Shown here piece by piece: positions 60,350 through 64,000 of a stretch of DNA of 64,000 nt. The stretch's first letter is position 1. Every line of letters begins with the position of its first letter. The position numbers were made by a program, and so were the translations under genes. The DNA comes from Thiobacillus sp. Its GTDB lineage: Bacteria > Pseudomonadota > Gammaproteobacteria > Burkholderiales > Thiobacillaceae. A model generated the notes under the pieces. It was not told the origin of the DNA. It saw only the letters and a program-made list of their open reading frames with translations, and ran no database searches. The stretch spans positions 9,441 to 73,440 of the forward strand of contig JANJWF010000011.1 of NCBI GenBank assembly GCA_024709685.1, in the 5' to 3' direction.

Positions 60350-62311
60350 TCAAGCCGTTCTGACGAGCCGGATTTCGTCCGGTTCGCCGGACAGGGATTC
60401 GGCGATGCGCGCGTTGAGACGCGCCAGATGATCGAGTTGATCGCTCGCCATGTCCATGGAGGTTTCGAGTTCGGCAATGCGATCGTCAAGGGTTCCAGTC
60501 GCGGCGTGAATGCGGCTGACACTCTCGAGGCGTCGCTTGAGCTGGGTCTTGTGTTCGCGCACCTGGGTTTGCATCGGTGCGATCAATGCCTTCAGCCAGG
60601 CTTCGGTTTCGCTGTTGGCCAACTCGAACACCTGCGCCACCTTGCTTGCCAGCGATTCGAAAAAGCGCTCGGTCAGCTGGCCCTGAGCCAACGTCAACAT
60701 CTTGAACACCGTGTTGAAGCGCTCCTCGAAGAGGCGTTCCAGCCTCGCGATTTCCTTGCGGTACTTGTAAAGGTTGTGAACCGGCGGGTTGACCGCCGCC
60801 AGCCCGTGCTCGTCGCTGAACTTCTGGTACATGCCGGTCATCATGGCGCGGATCTCCAGAATGATGAGCGTGGAGTCCCGCATGTTGCCGTCGACCTTGC
60901 GGAAGAAAAGCTTCATCGACTCGCGCAGGCCCGAACTGAAGTGGCTTTTCTCCATCTCCTGCCTGGTGTGACGGATTTCGGCGCGCAGGGTCTGCATGCC
61001 CAGTTGCTGTCGTAAAGCAGCGACCTGGGTCGCATACACGCGGCGCAGCGCTTTGAACTGCAGCAGGCCGCGATCGAACTGCTGTTTGTCTTCGTTGGCC
61101 TTGACCATCATGTGGCGGATGACGTCACGGTTCTTGCCGCGCAGTCCGTGCAATTCATCGATCTGGTCCTGCACGCTGGCGAGCCGTGTCTCCAGGAGTT
61201 CTGTGGTCTTGACCACCACGTCTTCCACCGCGGCCTGGGCCGATTCGCTGACCAGCGCCTGCTTGCAGGGAATCAGTTCCTGCGTCAGCGCCGTTTCCAG
61301 ATCGGGAAGACGGCTTTTCGCGAGCAAAACATCGTCGCCACGTACTTTGGCCACCAGCGCTTTCTGCGCCGATACCGGATACACCTGGCTGGGAGGGAGA
61401 TCGAGCAGGGCGGCGCTGTGGGTCGCCTGCCTGGTGATCTCGGCGTCGATCTGTGCCGGCGTTTTGAGTTCGTCCCACAGGCCGTCGATCTTGTTCAGCA
61501 CCACCAACCGCGCGCGGCTGCCGCCCTGAACCGGCGCGATGTACTGGCGCCAGATTTCGATGTCGGACTTGGTGACGCCGGTATCGGCGGCCAGCAAGAA
61601 AAGCACCGCATGGGCGCTGGGCAGCATGCTGAGCGTCAGTTCCGGCTCGGTGCCGATGGCATTCAGCCCGGGAGTGTCGAGGATAACCAGCCCCTGTTTG
61701 AGCAGCGGGTGAGGGAAATTGATCAGGGCGTGGCGCCAGCGCGGAATCGTGACGCCGCCGTCGTGTGCGAGGATGTGGGCGGTTTCCGCATCGTCGGGGT
61801 CGAGCAGACCGTAGGCCACGGCGGTGGCGGGGTCGACTTCGATGGTGTCAGCCAGGTGCATCAGTGTTGCGCTCATCTCCTCGCCGGAGTCCAGGTTGAG
61901 GGGAAATTCGGTCCAACTGCCTCCCTCGCTCTTGAAGTCGGCAATGCTGCCCTCGCGGGTCCGGGTGTGGATCGGCAGCAAGCGCAGCGAGGGGCGCAGG
62001 ATGGGGGAGTAGTACAGTTCGGCGGGGCACATGGTGGTTCGCCCGGCGGACGACGGCAGGACGCGCTGGCGGTAGTCGGAAAAGAAGATCGCGTTGATCA
62101 ACTCGGATTTGCCCCGTGAAAACTCTGCGACGAACGCCACGTTCAGCGTGTCCTCCTGCAGGCGGCCCAGCAACTGGTCGAGGCATCGATCGGATTGGGC
62201 GTCTCCCAGTTCCTGCGCGTTGAGCCAGCCGCGTAGTGACTCGACGCGCAGGCGTACGGCGTCGCGCCAGGCACTGTAATGATCGAACTCGTCAACCAGG
62301 GTGGGCGTCAT
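60350..62311 (-). CDS. Bacterial dynamin-like GTPase
   Basis: G1 AEFSRGKS, G2 RTT, G3 DTPG, G4 NKID, then a long helical/coiled-coil C-terminus. Confidence 0.88.
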   Translation of the reverse strand: MTPTLVDEFDHYSAWRDAVRLRVESLRGWLNAQELGDAQSDRCLDQLLGRLQEDTLNVAFVAEFSRGKSELINAIFFSDYRQRVLPSSAGRTTMCPAELYYSPILRPSLRLLPIHTRTREGSIADFKSEGGSWTEFPLNLDSGEEMSATLMHLADTIEVDPATAVAYGLLDPDDAETAHILAHDGGVTIPRWRHALINFPHPLLKQGLVILDTPGLNAIGTEPELTLSMLPSAHAVLFLLAADTGVTKSDIEIWRQYIAPVQGGSRARLVVLNKIDGLWDELKTPAQIDAEITRQATHSAALLDLPPSQVYPVSAQKALVAKVRGDDVLLAKSRLPDLETALTQELIPCKQALVSESAQAAVEDVVVKTTELLETRLASVQDQIDELHGLRGKNRDVIRHMMVKANEDKQQFDRGLLQFKALRRVYATQVAALRQQLGMQTLRAEIRHTRQEMEKSHFSSGLRESMKLFFRKVDGNMRDSTLIILEIRAMMTGMYQKFSDEHGLAAVNPPVHNLYKYRKEIARLERLFEERFNTVFKMLTLAQGQLTERFFESLASKVAQVFELANSETEAWLKALIAPMQTQVREHKTQLKRRLESVSRIHAATGTLDDRIAELETSMDMASDQLDHLARLNARIAESLSGEPDEIRLVRTA

Positions 62312-62386
62312 GGGGGAATACCGGATAAGTTACAGTCAATTAACGACAGGTTGCAGGCGAACTTGATGCCTGCGACACACGAGGCG

Positions 62387-63199
62387 TCAGCGCTGGCAGG
62401 CCGGGCAGTAGAAGCTCGCGCGCTGCCCCTGCACGATGCGGCGGATCGGCGTGGCGCAGACCGTGCATGGCAGCCCCTCGCGGTCGTAGACCCGGGTCTG
62501 CAGCTGGAAGTAACCCGGTTCCCCGCCGCTGCCCACGTAATCACGCAGCGAGCTGCCGCCCGCGGCAATCGCTGCCGCCAGTACTTTTTTGATTGCGGCG
62601 GCCAGCCTCGCTGAAGCCGGGCGACTGAGGCGGCGGGCGGCGGTGGCGGGGCGGATGCCTGCGTGGAACAGCGACTCGGAGGCATAGATGTTGCCGACGC
62701 CGACGACCACCTGTGCATCCATGATGACCTGCTTGATGGCGGCGTTGCGGCGCTGGCATTGCGCGTGCAGGTAGGTGGCGTCGAATGCCGGGGTCAGGGG
62801 TTCCGGCCCCAGATGCGCCAGCAGCGGATGCCGCGCCACATCGTCGGTCCACAGCACCGCGCCGAAGCGGCGCGGGTCGCGCAGTCGAAGCACGCTGCCG
62901 TCGTCGAACAGCCAGTCGACGTGGTCGTGCAGCGCGGCAGGCTCGTCGGGATCGACCAGACGCAAGCTGCCCGACATGCCCAGGTGTACGATTTGCGCGG
63001 CCACACCGAAATCGAACAGCAGGTATTTGCCGCGCCGGTCGAGCGTGTCGAGCGTCAGCCCGGCCAGCCGCGTTTCCAGGTCGTCCGGCACCGGCCAGCG
63101 CAGTTGCGGGTTACGCACCACGATGCGTTTGAGCGCTCGTCCCCGCAGGCGAGGCAGCAGGCCGAGGCGGGTGGTTTCGACTTCGGGCAGTTCAGGCAT
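62387..63199 (-). CDS. mutM: Formamidopyrimidine-DNA glycosylase
   Basis: [29 protein letters not shown] and a C-terminal zinc finger. Confidence 0.97.
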   Translation of the reverse strand: MPELPEVETTRLGLLPRLRGRALKRIVVRNPQLRWPVPDDLETRLAGLTLDTLDRRGKYLLFDFGVAAQIVHLGMSGSLRLVDPDEPAALHDHVDWLFDDGSVLRLRDPRRFGAVLWTDDVARHPLLAHLGPEPLTPAFDATYLHAQCQRRNAAIKQVIMDAQVVVGVGNIYASESLFHAGIRPATAARRLSRPASARLAAAIKKVLAAAIAAGGSSLRDYVGSGGEPGYFQLQTRVYDREGLPCTVCATPIRRIVQGQRASFYCPACQR

Positions 63200-63477
63200 G
63201 TCCGGGAAGAAGGAATGAGAGAGATGGCGTTAATCACGACGACGCCCTGCAAAGGTTTGCTCGCGGCGGCCGGGAGCCGAACCGATACACTGCGATTCTA
63301 TCTCTATTGCGCGTCGTTCCTTGAAGCCTTCCCCCTCTTGAACAGACAGATTGCCCGCCGCCGGCGTTGCCAGCCCAGCGCCGCGACTTGGTTTGGGCCC
63401 GCGTATTGCAGGCCGCGCCGCCGTAGTTGTCGGTGAACCTTGCTTGCAGGCGGCTCTCCAACGCTTAGAATCCCATT

Positions 63478-63502
63478 AGGGCATCACACCAGGGCATCAC
63501 AC
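63478..63502 (+). repeat. 12-bp tandem direct repeat at the translation start of the TPR gene
   Basis: AGGGCATCACAC-C-AGGGCATCACAC immediately followed by ATG. Confidence 0.6.
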
Positions 63503-64000
63503 ATGACACATTTCAAGATTCTGTTTTTCTGCACAGCGCTACTGTTCGTGGCCGCGTGCAGCCAGCCCGGTGTCAAGGCGTCGCAACCTGCGGTGACCGA
63601 AACGAAGGCGCAGCAGCCTGTCGACGAGGCCGGAGTCGGCCTCGCCGCAGAGGAAAAAGCCCCGGCGGAGGCTGCATTACCCAAGCAGCCGCTCACTCCG
63701 GAGATTCTGTTCAAGTTTCTGGTGGCCGAGGTGGCCGGGCAGCGCGGGGCGATCGGCATCGCCCAGTCGACCTATCTGGACCTGGCGCGGCAGACCCAGG
63801 ATCCGCGCATTGCTCGTCGTGCCGCCGAGATGTCGATGTTCGCCCGCGACCAGGCCGGTGCGCTGGAGGCTGCGCGCCTGTGGGCCGCAGGCGAGCAGGA
63901 TTCGGTGCGCGCGCAACAGACGCTGGCGGCGCTGCTGCTGAGCGAGGGCCGTCTCGCCGAGGCGGAGCCCATCCTGCGCACCCTGCTGAAAGAGGACAGC
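63503..64000 (+). CDS. Tetratricopeptide-repeat lipoprotein, 3' truncated
   Basis: MTHFKILFFCTALLFVAAC lipobox; LPKQPLTPEILFKFLVAEVAGQRG...ARQTQDPRIARRA; frame open to the window end; the usual gene divergent from mutM. Confidence 0.85.
   Translation, partial: MTHFKILFFCTALLFVAACSQPGVKASQPAVTETKAQQPVDEAGVGLAAEEKAPAEAALPKQPLTPEILFKFLVAEVAGQRGAIGIAQSTYLDLARQTQDPRIARRAAEMSMFARDQAGALEAARLWAAGEQDSVRAQQTLAALLLSEGRLAEAEPILRTLLKEDS

Noticed and set aside
63338-63436. Arg-rich 32-aa ORF in the mutM-TPR intergenic region
   Set aside because: TTG start with no RBS, and a composition typical of non-coding GC-rich frames.

Overview
High-GC betaproteobacterial chromosome segment. Gene content and order resemble Thiobacillus-like sulfur oxidisers; this is an inference, and all family names are recognised from motifs, with no searches run. 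(1) 1-17.8 kb: the conserved exosortase A/PEP-CTERM exopolysaccharide (EPS) and glycosylation operon (OM beta-barrel, ExeA-like ATPase, wecB, deacetylase, FemAB-like protein, glycosyltransferases, xrtA, amidotransferase, O-glycosylation ligase), with two sulfotransferases and a PaaK/CapK-like ligase inserted. (2) 17.9-28.6 kb: a variable, mostly minus-strand cassette with a transglutaminase-like membrane protein, a Cys-less asparagine-synthetase-like enzyme, a Wzx flippase, a membrane 'sulfatase' with a Thr nucleophile, a secreted TPR protein ending in CxxCP, a GT4, a third sulfotransferase and an arylsulfotransferase-like beta-propeller. This is the best candidate for an undescribed system: sulfation plus amide tailoring or cross-linking of a surface glycan. 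(3) aroB-dgt, comF, an unknown membrane gene and bioBFHCD. (4) A respiratory supercluster: caa3-type oxidase and assembly genes, Rrf2-SCO, then cbb3 ccoNOQP-GHS with no ccoI. (5) rpoH with a CIRCE element, ftsXEY, an M16 peptidase pair, rsmD-coaD-ferredoxin, a dynamin-like GTPase, mutM and a partial TPR lipoprotein. No tRNA, rRNA, CRISPR array or transposase was seen.
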